Shown: positions 49,621 to 62,385, counted from the first letter of the stretch. The stretch: DNA of 64,000 bases from Anolis carolinensis (GCF_035594765.1 NC_085841.1:11515636-11579635); one strand, 5' to 3'. Notes: generated from the sequence alone by a model not told the origin. Program-made: numbers and translations.

Positions 49621-50076
49621 CCCTAAAGATAAGTGTCTATGGATCTGGTCAGCAGTTTGGATGTGACAGCAGAAAGACCACTATATTTTAAAATAATTTT
49701 ACACTTCAATGCGGCAAATTGTTTAATTGGGAGATTTATCATCTTTTTTTAGCTTTATCTCATTGTAAGCTGCCTTGGGTCTCCTGTCGGAAGAAAGGTG
49801 TGATATACATAAAATAAAATGTGAGCACAAAATAAAAGTATAAGTTAGACGTCCTTTTAAATGATAAAATAAATATGTAACTCTAGGCTCAAGGGAGCAA
49901 CAGAATAGACTGCTGGAAAAGGTTGCAAAATCCCTTCCTTAGAGGTCTTCTTTTCAAGCAAGAATGCACAAACATCTGTCAGAATTTCAGATAACAAGTA
50001 TCTAGGACAATGGCTTAAATGCAATGGTCTGGTGATTTCCTCCCAGCTTTATACTGCCATAAGAGCAGATACCTAC

Positions 50077-50185
50077 CATTCGTACCCCAATCTGCAGAAC
50101 GGTTTCCTTGTTAAGCCTTCGGCCTCTCCTTTCAAAGATGGTTTGCAGATCCTCTCCTAATCTCTCCATCACCATAAACCTGTAA
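50077..50185 (-). CDS. VRK2: VRK2 exon 6: (S)YRFMVMERLGEDLQTIFERRGRRLNKETVLQIGVRM
   Basis: taatag|T...ATG|gtaggt, 109 nt. YRFMVMERLG is the VRK2 hinge region. Confidence 0.95.
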
Positions 50186-50827
50186 CTATTATGACAGAAA
50201 GGAAAGTTGTCAGGTCCTGTTGCCTTATGACTTCATCAACAGCCTAAATACTAATCAGTTAATTAAACTGACTTTTAATAAAGCCAGCCATCATAAATAG
50301 GAGCAGTTAGTAATAAACTACAACTGGATATCCATGGAGGATACGTTCCTGGGCTTTGAATGGATATGTGAAACCACAATAAATGTGAATTCTATCAAAA
50401 TGAAAGACCTATCACCCAAGAACATCACAGAGCCATACAAAAAGACCTAGCAAATGCCTAGAGATTGTGTATTTTGTGAGATGTGGATAAATGAAACCAT
50501 GGATCCCACAGATATGGGAGACAAACTCCAATTCTCCAGATTCCCAAGCACAGCTTTGCTGTATGAGATTGCTTACCTAAAATGTCAAGGAGAATAATAA
50601 TTGAACTCATCCTTCTTCATGCAAAGTATGACTTGGGGGTTCTGGGAGCTGGAGTCCAAAAAGGTTTTTCCCCAAACTTTGCACTCTGCCACTGAGCTAA
50701 ACTGGATGCTATTCACACAAAGCAATGATTCCAAGTTGTTTTGTATTTATATGCGACCTTTTGGTGGACCGCAATGGACAAATGTCTTAACATATCTCTC
50801 CATCTGTCCATCCACCTAATTGCTTAC

Positions 50828-50915
50828 CTTTTGCCATTGTGTTCAGCCTGGCCTGATCCCCAGAAGACCGGGATACCTAAAAAGGCCAAGCCTTTTGTCC
50901 TCATCCACCTCTTGA
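50828..50915 (-). CDS. VRK2: VRK2 exon 5: (I)KRWMRTKGLAFLGIPVFWGSGQAEHNGK
   Basis: tgacag|TC...AAAG|gtaagc, 88 nt. Carries the VRK LGIP..GSG motif. Confidence 0.94.
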
Positions 50916-51105
50916 CTGTCAAAAGAAAACAACCAAAAAGAGAGATGTTTTAAATATATATGGCTTTATCTTTAAGGGTTTTCAAACTGCCATCAGAAAA
51001 CATTATAAAAATGTATGCCATAACTTTTTCAGAAGATAGACACAAAAAATTAATGACTGGTCTGTGTTTACACAAACAAAAATGATATTTTAAGACAATA
51101 TAAAC

Positions 51106-51211
51106 CAGGCACGGGCAAACTTGGGCCCTCTGGGTGTTTTGGACTTCAACTCCCACAATTGTGGGAGCTGAAGTCCAAAACACCCAGAGGGCCCAAGTTT
51201 GCCCATGCCTG
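51106..51211. mobile_element. 106-bp palindromic hAT MITE
   Basis: 53-bp arms with 2 mismatches. Perfect 8-bp TSD ATATAAAC at 51098-51105 and 51212-51219. Confidence 0.92.
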
Positions 51212-51223
51212 ATATAAACATTA

Positions 51224-51316
<93 letters not shown>

Positions 51317-51484
51317 TTAAAAGGAAAAACAAATTGATGTCTCAAGCTGAAAGTCTTTTCCATAAAGCGAAAAGACTTGGAAAAGTTGCCGTAACAACAC
51401 AGAACTCTACAACAGGTAAGACCTGAAGAAAGGATATAGCATGCTTTATAGAAAAAGAGTAAAGACACACATATCTGTCTATAG

Positions 51485-51607
51485 CAATTGGGTCCCCAGG
51501 TGTTTTGGGCTTCAGCTCCAACAGTTCCTAATAGCTGGTAAGCTGGCTGGGATTTCTGGGAGCTGAAGTCCGAAGCACCTGGAGACCCAATAGGTTGGGA
51601 ACCACTG
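51485..51607. mobile_element. hAT MITE with SPIN-like TIR, left end damaged
   Basis: Right TIR AGGTTGGGAACCACTG, internal palindrome, (G/A)TCTATAG flanks. Confidence 0.7.
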
Positions 51608-51719
51608 ATCTATAGCGCACTTATGCAGTGTAGGCGAACCTAGATTAAATTTCCTCTTAAACCATAAAGGTTGCCTATTGCTAGACTACTCCTATTAAGC
51701 AGTAGACCCTCTGGATTGT

Positions 51720-51996
51720 TTTTAGGATTCATTCAGCACTTTAAGTATTACACCTGCTGTATAATTATCCCTCCCTGATAACTTGATATTGCTTTGCACC
51801 TTGGCCTGGATCTTTTGACCCAAATCGGGATTTTAATATTATTGTGTATATTGACTTTTATGACTGTTTTTAATCATGTTGAAGTTTTACTGCTCGGTTT
51901 AATGTTTTATCTGATTTGTGCTGTCGTGTCAGGGCATGGCCCCATGTAAGCCGCCCCGAGTCCCTCCGGGGAGATGGGGCGGGATATAAGAATAAA

Positions 51997-52042
<46 letters not shown>
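51720..52042 (+). mobile_element. LINE 3' end (L2-like) with (TTA)n tail
   Basis: CATGTAAGCCGCCCCGAGTCCCTCCGGGGAGATGGGGCGGG...AATAAAA(TTA)n. Similar ends at ~31360, ~59275 and ~63260. Confidence 0.65.
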
Positions 52043-52043
<1 letters not shown>

Positions 52044-52379
52044 TCCACATCATTACTGTGCAGGTAAGAGTAAATACTGTATATATAATAGAAGACACCA
52101 TCTCGAAATTCTTACAAATACACACATACCAAAAAGTTAATTACCCCATTTAACTTCCTATTGACATACAGGTGATACAGGGTAGTTTGGTTTTCTTGGA
52201 ATTATTTGTCTCTTCATCTTGTCAAGAGGCTAAGTGGGCTATTTATTCATGGCATTAATTTTTTGCCTCTCAACACACCAATAGCCATTAATAATAATCT
52301 AAAAATGCTTTCATGAAGTTATATAAAGCCTGTACCATAACATGTTAATTTTTTAAAGATTAAGATTTATGGGAATTAC

Positions 52380-52435
52380 CACTTTGATGACATGCATCGC
52401 ATCATCTTTGACCGGAATATCAAGACGAGGGGAAG
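52380..52435 (-). CDS. VRK2: VRK2 exon 3: (A)SPRLDIPVKDDAMHVIKV
   Basis: ttgcag|CTT...GTG|gtaatt, 56 nt, phase 1 to 0. Contains the catalytic Lys of the VIK (VAIK-equivalent) motif. Confidence 0.88.
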
Positions 52436-54039
52436 CTGCAAGACAGAAGATGGGCAGAAGGTTGGGCAAATTAATGTTACTGAAGCATTATTTAATACTG
52501 AACAGAATTTAACCTAAAAGCAGAAGATACAATGCGCCATGGGCCACTCAATACTATAGTCTTGTTTTAATTGTCTTCTAATGTTTTAATAAGAAGTTTT
52601 CTGGACATTATTGCAAATTCTTCAGAGATATTTACTTATCCTGACATTTTCTACATTCATTCTACAGCGTAAATATACCCCTTGTGTACATCAGAAATAA
52701 AAATGTTGCCATTTCAGCCACCCATGTGGACAATTTCAGAGTATTAAGATTCCATATAAGAGATGCTCAACCTATATAAATTTGGCTACCTAGCTGATAT
52801 TGAGTTGGATAACTGGCTCATCTTAATCCAAGTATTGTTCTTGCCAACTAGTCTTACCTTAACTCTGCTAGTTAGAAACTGAATCTAGGACATTTTTGTA
52901 TGGGAATCATGTGCTCCACTCCAGAGCTATGGCACCCCCCTACAGCTTTTATTAGTTTTAATAAGCAAAAGTAACACGGGAGCACACTTCTGGAGGAAAT
53001 TGCCTTCTCCTCTCCATTTGCCTACAGCCCAGCACCACGGCACCCAGAGGTCCGACAAAGTAATGTGCCATTTTCGCTTGCCAGTTGCATCCTGCCAACT
53101 TTCCACTTGCAGCAGATTTTCTTTCTGTTTTTGATGGCAATCATCTCTTTGAATAATGGTAGAAACGTCTGCAGTAGATCTTAGGGACCTGGTTTTGTAG
53201 GCAAAGTTTACACAGTGGGAAGAGTGAAAACCATGCTATTGGCAATTAAATAGCATTCCCAACCCCTGTCCGCAGCTGATCTCATTGCTGCTGCTGGAGG
53301 TTTTGGCAACTGATCCTCATTTTGCAAACATCAATGGCCTCAAGAAAGTGAAATTGCGTGTATGACTGCTTGCATGCGAGCATGCCAAGTGTTGAGGGTT
53401 TTAAAAAAAGAGAGAAATCCAGTGGTTATGAAAATTTGAAGAGTAGCAATTTTCCTCTGAGGTTAGCTTACACTTTAGCATCGCAATCTATGTGGTGCCT
53501 GTGATTTGTAAGCATTTTTCAAGATCAGAAGAAAAACATGAAAAAGTTAATTCTTTTTCTCCCTCTTTTGTATTTGGCTTCTTGTATAAAACCATTGCTT
53601 TTCTTCTGATTTGCTGTCATGGTTTCCCCCTCCCATTGCCATTTTCACCTGCTCTGCTCTTCAGCACCAGATTCTTCCTACTTTTGGAAGTTAAGCAGAG
53701 TCAGCCCTGGGTAATACTTGGGTGAGACACCACCAAGGAATACCAAGTGCTGCAAGCTACATTTAGAAGAAAATAATTTAGGGTATCCATAACACCTACA
53801 ACAGAGCATGCTGTCCATTCAAACCTAAATCAAATTGCTCCTTCTATCAAGAGTAGACCCAATGAGTCAACTGATGAGCAGGAAGCCAAGACCCATATAA
53901 GATCTACTCTGAATGGGACTAGTGTTTAACTGATGTCAAGTCAATGTCAACTTATAGTGCCCCTACCAATGGGAGACCGGAATTACCCTGTTTAAATCCT
54001 GGAAACACAGGGCTGTGACTTTCTTAATTAAGTCTGTCC

Positions 54040-54290
54040 ATCTGTAATAAAGTCTTCTCCCACTGCCTTCAACCTTGACCAAACAATACTGTATTTTCTA
54101 ATTAGTCATATTTCTCACGGTATGTCCAGAGTATGATAGTCTCAGCTTAGCCATCTTGGCTTCTAGGGAGAATTCAGATCCATTTATTTGTTTTGTTACT
54201 TGTCCACAGTATCCAAAGAACCCTTCTCTAGCAACATATTTAAAATGAAATGATTTTCTCCTTCCCAAGTTTTCACTGTCCAATTTTCAC
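54040..54290 (-). mobile_element. RTE/BovB-like LINE fragment
   Basis: Minus-strand SLEAKMAKLRLSYSGH resembles the RTE/BovB C-terminal SLE..KL.L.YFGH. Another fragment at ~63885-64000. Confidence 0.6.
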
Positions 54291-56287
54291 ACGTTAATAA
54301 TGTGCACCTACATACCTAATGGCATGGTGATTTCTCTCATTTTAAATAATTGACAGCCTGCCTTCCAGAAGTTGTTGGAACACAGCTCCCATCCTGCCTG
54401 TACTGATGGGACTGCTGGAAGCTGCTTTCTCACAGCATCTGGAAAGCGGCATGATTCCTATCCTATTTTGGATGAAACTGTCTTAAGCATCGTATTCACA
54501 TCTTTATGCTACTCCCATTCAATAACGTGTGCACATTTCTATTAAAGCTAGACAGCACAATGCTGAAGATAATTTATTTCTATGTTTTCAGTTGCATTCA
54601 AGACGTTTCCAACTTATGGCAACCCCAAGGTGAACCTATCCCCAGGTTTTCTGGAGCTTAAATGAGTCTCCTAAATATCACGACTAAAGTTGCCACTTCT
54701 AGTTACAGAAACTCTTCTTTGACTTTCAGAGCTGACTTTAACCTTAGGAGCAAAAGTGATGCGCTTCGGCATTTTTGGATGCCCCTCTGGGCTTTGGAAA
54801 GCTTAGCGGCGCTATGCATGGTGACTCCTGGCATAGCTTAGCTCCTGACCATCTGCTATCCTGTCTCCGTGCCCATTCAGAAGGTGGTATGCCAGTTTCA
54901 ACAGGGCGCTGATGCCAATCATGAGACAAGTTCGGGAGTATCTTCCACAACACAGCTCCTGCCACAAGTCTGATGGCAGGTGAAGAAAGGAATACACAAC
55001 CTTGCAGCAGTTTGGCAAATTGACTTGCACACTTCTTATGTGACACCCCCAAGAACAAAACTTCTGTGGCATCATCTGACACAGAAATATGAGTCTTTGG
55101 TCTTGTTCTTCTTAACCAGCTGCAAGGATTCTCAGAGATAGAGGACAAATTAGAGTATTTCCACACAACCTTTGTAAGATACTTAGGAATCACTGAATCA
55201 AGGAACCGAGTTGGAAGGAGTCACAAGAGTAATCTTTTCTAACTCTGTGACATACAGAAATACAAAATGTATGCACTACTGAAAGATGCCCATCCAACCA
55301 CTGACTAAAGGAGAGTCCACCAGCCTCCAGGACAGTCCACTCTGATATCAAACAAATCTTACTGGACTGTTTAACGATGTTACATTGTGTACTGGAACAG
55401 AGACAACACAGATATTGTGAGAATCAGTTTCAATTTAAATAAGGAAGGAAAACATGTGCCCCTTGAGACTGCAATTCACAGCATTCTTTACCACTGGCTT
55501 TCCTAGTGAGGGCTGCTGGGAATTGCAGTGCAATGACATCCATAATGTCCGAACCATAAATGTTTTTTAGGCCTTTCAGTTTTTAATATGTGGTTTAAAG
55601 TACATACTTTTGTTTGATAAACCTAATGCTGAATACATCAAGTCATACTATCAACAAAACCATAAGCAGCAACAACCAATATAAAAACCAAAATAGGATC
55701 AAATACCAATATGGTAATCTTATATGACGTCCCTACTAAGCAAGCAAAGCAACTCTGTGAGATGTGGCCACATCTCTAATGTACTGTAATGCTTTAAACC
55801 ATCTTGAAAGAGCATGAAGCATGCCTGCTGAAATAGATGAAGTGTGACAGGCTAAGATTTACAGTGTCCAGGGGCTTGGCTCCAGTGCCAAGCACAGCCC
55901 TCATCATGATTAGAAAAACAAGAATAAATTATGCAAAACAGTAAGAAACACAAAATGTCATGCAAGATATAGACATGTATGTGTATGTGTCTATCTCTGC
56001 TTTGTATGACATTTTGGTGATTTTTTAACTGTTTTGTGTAATTGTATATGTATGTGTCTTTATTGCTTGCACAAACAATGGCTATAGCACTGCCTCTTAA
56101 GAAATCCAGAAGGAAAACATGAAGACGAAAGTCTTTCCACCTGTCTTCTCCCCAGTAAATGGCAGAACTTTGCCTCTGGATGGGGAGGTTTCATTTAACA
56201 CCCTTGATCACTTATCTATCATCTGTTTTCAGGACTAATTTTGGTATAAAAACTGCTCTTGTCCCTGATGCATTTCACCCTCTGGAT

Positions 56288-56815
56288 CAGTGTTTCTCTA
56301 CCTGAGGGTCAGGACCCCTGGGAAGTCATGAGGGGGTGTCGCCAAAGACCATCAGAAAATACATATTTCTGATGGTCTTAGGAACCCCTTTGGCAGAGAA
56401 GGCTGGATATAGGTGAACTACAACTCCATAATGCAAGGTCAATGCCCACAAAACCCTTCCAGTATTTTCTGTTGGTCGTGGAGGTTCTGTGTACCAAGTT
56501 TGGTTCAATGTCAATGTTGGGGGAGTTGAACATGCTCTTTGATTGTAGGTTAACAATCAATCCCAGCAACTACAACACCCAAATGACAAAATCAATGCCC
56601 CCTCACCAGTATTCAAATTTGAGCATATTGGCGATGTGTGCCAAATTTGGTCCAGTGAATGAAAATACATCCTGCATATCTGATATTTACATTACAATTC
56701 ATTACAATAGCAAAATTACAGTTATGAAGTAACAAAAAAAAGTATGCTTAGCAGTCATAACAACATGTGGAACTATATTAAGGGATCGTGGCATTAGGAA
56801 GGTTGAGAACCAGTG
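56288..56815 (+). mobile_element. Non-autonomous SPIN (Space Invader) hAT element
   Basis: GACCATCAGAAAATACATATTTCTGATGGTCTTAGGAAC, AGCAAAATTACAGTTATGAAGT and GCATTAGGAAGGTTGAGAACC match recalled SPIN/URR1 ends. TSD CTCTGGAT/CTCTAAAT. Confidence 0.85.
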
Positions 56816-57887
56816 CTCTAAATGCTCTTAAATTTCTTAGCCATCTTTATGAGAGTTGTTTCCCGGCCACCACAATTTGTTTCAACTTGCAATAAATGAT
56901 CAATGTAGGGCCTCAGACCTCTATATTTGGCCATCAAAATTGAAATCACAAGGAAAGTAGAGGCTTGTAAAAAAAAAGGTCTCCTCCAAGGTTCCTTTTT
57001 TTTTTAACTTACGCAAGACTTACTCAACAGGATTCTTCCATGTCACATGCATACATTGTTTATGTTCACATAAAATGTTTGCTGAAACATGTTGCACTGA
57101 TCTTCTTTGTGGTTAGGAACCTATCACTATTCAGTCCATATTATCCATGCCTCTAGTACCAAATTTGCTATTAAAGGAGGGAAATATCCGCTTGGATAAC
57201 TGAGGCAGACCTGTACAACAATGCAATGTAAATGGAAGATACCTGGGGAGTTCAAGGGAAAGCAAATGCTTGGTATGGAGAAGGTGCAGGTTCAATTGCT
57301 GACATGCCCGGGCAGGATTATGGGAGGAGGCGTTTGAAATTCTGGGAAGCTATTGCCGCCAGACTTTATAATAATAACTTTATTCTTATATACCACCGCA
57401 TCTCCCCAAAGGGACTCAGGGCAGCTTACATGGGGACCAAGTAAGTGGAACAAAAATTAAAATACAACATCATAAAACACATTTACATTGCAAGGCATAA
57501 CCACATAAAAACATGTAAACCATCATTAAAAACATAACCTCAACAAGTGACACCAACTGATACTGATACTTTGGGTGCATCTATACGGTAGAATCAATGC
57601 AGTTTGACACTACTTCAATTGCCATGGCTCAATACTATGGAATCACGAGACCTGCAGTTTTTGAAGGACTTTAGCTTTTGCTTATGAAAGAATGCAAATA
57701 TATCCGCAAACTCCAAACACCAGAATTCCGCAACATCAAGCCATGGCAGTTAAGTGGCTGCAAACTGCATTTATTCTACAATACACATGCAACCTGTGTT
57801 GACAATAATGGGATATGGTGGGCCACTGGTTAGATTTGGCATAGGCAGATTCCTGTGTTCATAGGTAGGCCACTAATCTGTTACTAG

Positions 57888-58026
57888 ATGCCCTTCCACA
57901 CAGTCATATAATCGAGAATATCAAGGCAGTTAATCCACAATGTCTGTTTTCTGCTGGGTGATCTGAGTCCACACTGCCATATAATCCAGTTTGATGTGGA
58001 TTTTATACAGCTTTGTGGAAGGGGCC
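57888..58026. mobile_element. MITE of the GGGCCCTTCCACACAG TIR family (PIF/Harbinger-like)
   Basis: TIR pair. Further copies at 60465-60673, ~60675-61150, 61283-62238 and 62860-63491, some carrying nested inserts. Confidence 0.65.
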
Positions 58027-58543
58027 TAGGTCGTGTTTAAGGGGCTTGTGGTTAACTTTGGAGCCCCTGTCTTCTCCAAGAAAATATTTCAAATCCCAGA
58101 TATACTGTATATGGTTGGTGAGCTAAGCTATTAATTATCCTTGCTTATTTTCCTTAACATACTGTTGCTTGCTAATCAGAGTGTTGGTGTCATGCAGTAC
58201 ACATAAGTTTCACTTTTCATTTCACATCTTTGGCATTCGGATCAAGACAGCCTGCCAAAATGCTGCAGTTCACTCTTCACCAGACAAAGAAAAGGCAAAC
58301 CATAAAAGCACAGCATTTTTCTAATTACAATTACTATTTAATGCAGGATTACTTCAAAGGATTGTCATCTCTCTGCCTCCTTCATCCACATTTCCTCACA
58401 ATTCCCTTCATTCACCAACTACTGGCAAAAATACAGTTTTAGAGTAAATATAATGTTTATTAATACTCCTTTCATTACACCAAATTATTATTTCTTTTTG
58501 GAGGGTGGGGAATACCATCGAAGAGATCATAGCGATACTTTAC

Positions 58544-58679
58544 CTAAGTAGATCAGCCCAAATCCTCCCTGGGCAATCATAGGACCAAGTCTCCATTCTT
58601 TCTTTTCATTATCTTTCAGGATAACTCCTTCCAGGAGAGGAACAGGGAGGTTGCTTTTTCCTTTCCTTTTGGGAGGCAT
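58544..58679 (-). CDS. VRK2: VRK2 first coding exon (exon 2): [45 protein letters not shown]
   Basis: Manual minus-strand translation matches the VRK2 N-terminus (MPPKR..., GGFGLIYL G-loop). ATG at 58679, 136 nt, donor G|GTAAAG. Probable acceptor AAG 5 nt upstream of the ATG (exon start 58684). Confidence 0.93.
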
Positions 58680-59894
58680 CTCACCTTATTATGGGATAAT
58701 AAAACGGGCAATTGTTAAGAAAATTTGCATGCTTTTCAATATCCATCCATTTCAAAATACGTTTAACAAACCTTTCCCCATGGCATCTCTTTGAGACCAA
58801 TGGTTTCCCAAACTTCACATCATCATTCTGGGTTTGGTTCGTCAGTGACCTATGTACTACAATATTTAATTGCAGGCCCCACTTTTTCCTCAAAAAGGAA
58901 ATAGGGAGGAAGAAATCTAGAGTCCCCTTTCAGACAGATTCTTATTTTAGAAAGAGTTTTTGTGGCTGTCCATTCACTTCTCCAGATGCAATTTTATATC
59001 TGAATATGAACTGATATCAATGAAAGCTCATGCTAAAATAAAAATCAGTGAGTCTTATTTATTTGCCATATATTTGTATCCTGCCTTTCTCACCCCAAAG
59101 GGGACTCAGAGCGGGGCACATAACCTCTGATCATTGAGGTTTGCTTTGATTCATTTTAATGATTTTTTTATATTTTATTGTTTTTAATTGTTTAATTAGA
59201 TTATTTATAGGTTTATTGTGTTTTAAAGTGTGTTTTTAGTTGGTTAACTCTGTTTCTGCTGGGCTTGGTCCTGCATGTAAGCCACCCCAAGTCCCTCTGG
59301 GGAGATGGAGGCAGGATATATATAAAAAAATATTACTATAAAGGCATAGTTTGATAAACTTATTCATCAAAAGAAGCCAGTGAAGCTTCAGAAGCGTGCA
59401 CAGATGTATGTGTTCAAGTTTCTTATTTTTTTATTTACTACATTTATATCCCGCCCCTTCTCACCACGAAGAGGACTCAGAGCGGCTTACAAATTAAATT
59501 TACATACAATATTATATTATTAGCATAGCACAATACTGGCATTAAATTGCTATACTGTACTATATATATATATTATAATATTATTAGTAATATTACATGT
59601 AATATATAATATATAATTATTATTATATTGTATTAATTAGTATTATATCATATTACAATATAATATTATCAATATTATATGTATATACAATATATTATAT
59701 TATTACATATTATTGTAAATTATATTGTGTGTATGTATATGTGTGTATATATGTGTGTGTGCGCATAACATGTTTATTGGAGTTTTTAAAATATTTTAAA
59801 GCTATGGATGTTAAACCCGTGGCTCAATACAGCTGCCCATTTATTCCCTTGTGTATATTTGAACTTTTTTGCTTGACAAAGAAACCAGTGAAGG

Positions 59895-60412
59895 TGGATT
59901 GCTGTGAGTCTTCCAGGCCGTATGGTCATGTTCCAGAAGCATTCTCTTCTGACGTTTCACTCATATCTATGGCAGGCATCCTCAGAAGTTGTTGAGGTCT
60001 GTTGGAGACTAAGCAAGTGAGGTTTATTTATCTGTGGAAGGTCCAGGGTGGGGGAAAGAACTCTTGTCTCTTTCAAGCTTTCAAAGCTTCACTGGCATTG
60101 AATGGCCTTGCAGCTGCAAAGCCTGACTGATTCCTGCCTCAGGGAATCCTTTGCAGCTGCAAGGCCTTTCAATGCTAATCAAGGTGATTACTTGAAACAT
60201 TCACACTTGCCTCCAGCAGACAAAGAGTTATATCTCCCACCCTGGACCTTACACAGATATATAAACTCCACTTGCCTAATTTCCAACAGACATCACAACC
60301 TCTGAGGATGCCTGCCATAGATGTGGGCGAAACGTCAGGAGAGAATGCTTCTGGAACATGGGAAAACTCAAAGCAACCCAGTGATTCTAGCCATGAAAAC
60401 CTTCGACAACAT
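59895..60412. mobile_element. Palindromic Penelope-like element end (two inverted terminal repeats)
   Basis: 59895-60070 is inverted relative to 60218-60380. Inner inverted pair at 60095-60121 and 60149-60175. Confidence 0.85.
60299..60339 (+). ncRNA. Minimal type-I hammerhead ribozyme motif (Penelope-associated)
   Basis: CCT-CTGAGGA-T-GCCTGC-CATAGAT-GTGGGC-GAAAC-GTC-AGG: CUGANGA and GAAA cores, stem II, GUC cleavage triplet, CCU/AGG stem I. Confidence 0.7.
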
Positions 60413-60761
60413 GCCTTCGACAGTGATGCTTTGAAAGCTTACATACATAATTGAGTGCTTCTGGGGGCCCTTCCACACAGCCCTATATTCCAGAATATCA
60501 AGACAGAAAACCCCACAATGTCTGCTTTGAACTGGGTTATCTGAGGCCTGAATAAAAACCCACATATTTCTGCTTTGAACTGGAATATATGGCAGTGTGG
60601 ACTCAGTTCAAAGCAGGTATTGTGGGATTTTCTGCCTTGATATTCCCGGATATAGGGCTGTGTAGAAGGGCCCTGAGTCCACACTACCATATATACCAAC
60701 CTGAGAGCCAGGAAGATAGTTCCATCTTGTCTCCTGTGCCATAGCAACATGCTATGCTAAT

Positions 60762-60797
<36 letters not shown>

Positions 60798-61386
60798 TAT
60801 ATTTATACATATAATTTATAATAATTTATAAATATATAATATTGTATATACATATAATATTGATAATATTATAATGTAATACAATACTATACTAATAATA
60901 ATACAATATAATAATTATATATTAAATGTAATATTACTAATAATATTATCATATAATGATATAGTACAATATAGTAATTTAATGCTTATATTGTGCTATG
61001 CTAATAATATATTGCATGTTCATTTGATTTGTAAGCCACTCTGAGTCCCCTTCGGGGTGAGAAGAGTGGGATATAAATGTAGTAAATAAATATATCCTAG
61101 TTCAAAGCAGAAAATGTGGGGTTTTATTCAGCTGTGTGGAATGCGGCCTGAGACCAATCAATAGATATGCAACGTGTGGCTCTTAAAACTTTACGGCCTA
61201 ATAAATCTCCCCTGTGTTTCCTTCCTGCAGATTTCAAGTTGCTTTGGTAATGACTTATCTGTCCTTAAGGGTAGCCTTCTCAGGGCCCTTCCACACAGAA
61301 ATATAACCCAGAATATTATTTATTTGCGACATTTATATCCCGCTCTTCTCACCTTGAATGGGACTCAGGGTGATTTACAAGTATAT

Positions 61387-61664
61387 AGGTAAAGATAAAG
61401 GATTTCCCTGACGTTAAGTCCAGTCATGTCTGACTCTGGGCATTGGTGCTCATCTCCATTTCTAAGCCGAAGAGCCGGCGTTGTCCGTAGACACCTCCAA
61501 GGTCATGGGGCCAGCATGACTGCATGGAGCGCCGTTACCTTCCTGCCTGAGCAGTACCTATTGATCTACTCACATTTGCATGTTTTCAAACGGCTAGGTT
61601 GGCAGAAGCTGGAGCTAACAGCAGGCGCTCACTCCGCTCCTGGGTTTAACACACTGAGCCACCG
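61387..61664 (-). mobile_element. Sauria SINE
   Basis: Sauria body and AGGTAAAG tail in reverse orientation. Confidence 0.85.
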
Positions 61665-61782
61665 ACTATATTGCAATATTATTAGTAATATTGCATGTAA
61701 TATAAATATACAATAATAATAGTGAATTATAATTATTATTACATTGTATTACATCATAATATTATTATCAATATTACATGTA

Positions 61783-62105
61783 CAGTACAGTCTCGCTTAT
61801 CCAACGTAAACGGGCCAGCAGAATGTTGGATAAGTGAATATGTTGGATAATAAGGAGAGATTAAGGAAAAGCCTATTAAACAACAAATTAGGTTGTGATT
61901 TTACAAATTAAGCACCAAAACATCATGTTATACAACAAATTTGACATAAAAAGTAGTTCAATATGCAGTAATGCTATGTAGTAATTACTGTATTTACGAA
62001 TTAAGCACCAAAATATCACAGTATATTGAAAACATTGACTACAAAAATGCGTTGGATAATCCAGAACGTTAGATAAGCGAGTGTTGGATAAGTGAGACTC
62101 TACTG
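61783..62105. mobile_element. Tc1/mariner-type MITE
   Basis: TA|CAGTACAGTCTCGCTTATCCAA...TTGGATAAGTGAGACTCTACTG|TA. Confidence 0.88.
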
Positions 62106-62385
62106 TATATACAATATATTATTATATATTATTATATCATTAAATATCTGCTTTGAACCGGGTTATCTGAGTCCACACTGCCATATATTCCAGTTCAAAG
62201 AAGATAAGGTGGGACTGTCTTCAGCTGTGTGGAAGGGGAGTGCTGGTGCCTTAGCAAACTGTAACTCCCGCCCTTTCCGGAGTCTGAACAGTTAAAGTGG
62301 TACCAAACTGCGTTAATCCTCCAGTGTAGATGCACCCCAAAGAAAGGAACTGTTTCTCCTCAGACCCAATATCCCAGGCACCTAC

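Noticed and set aside
54744-55193. 149-aa minus-strand ORF in intron 2
   Set aside because: No recognisable homology or convincing splice context, and exons 2 and 3 join in phase without it.
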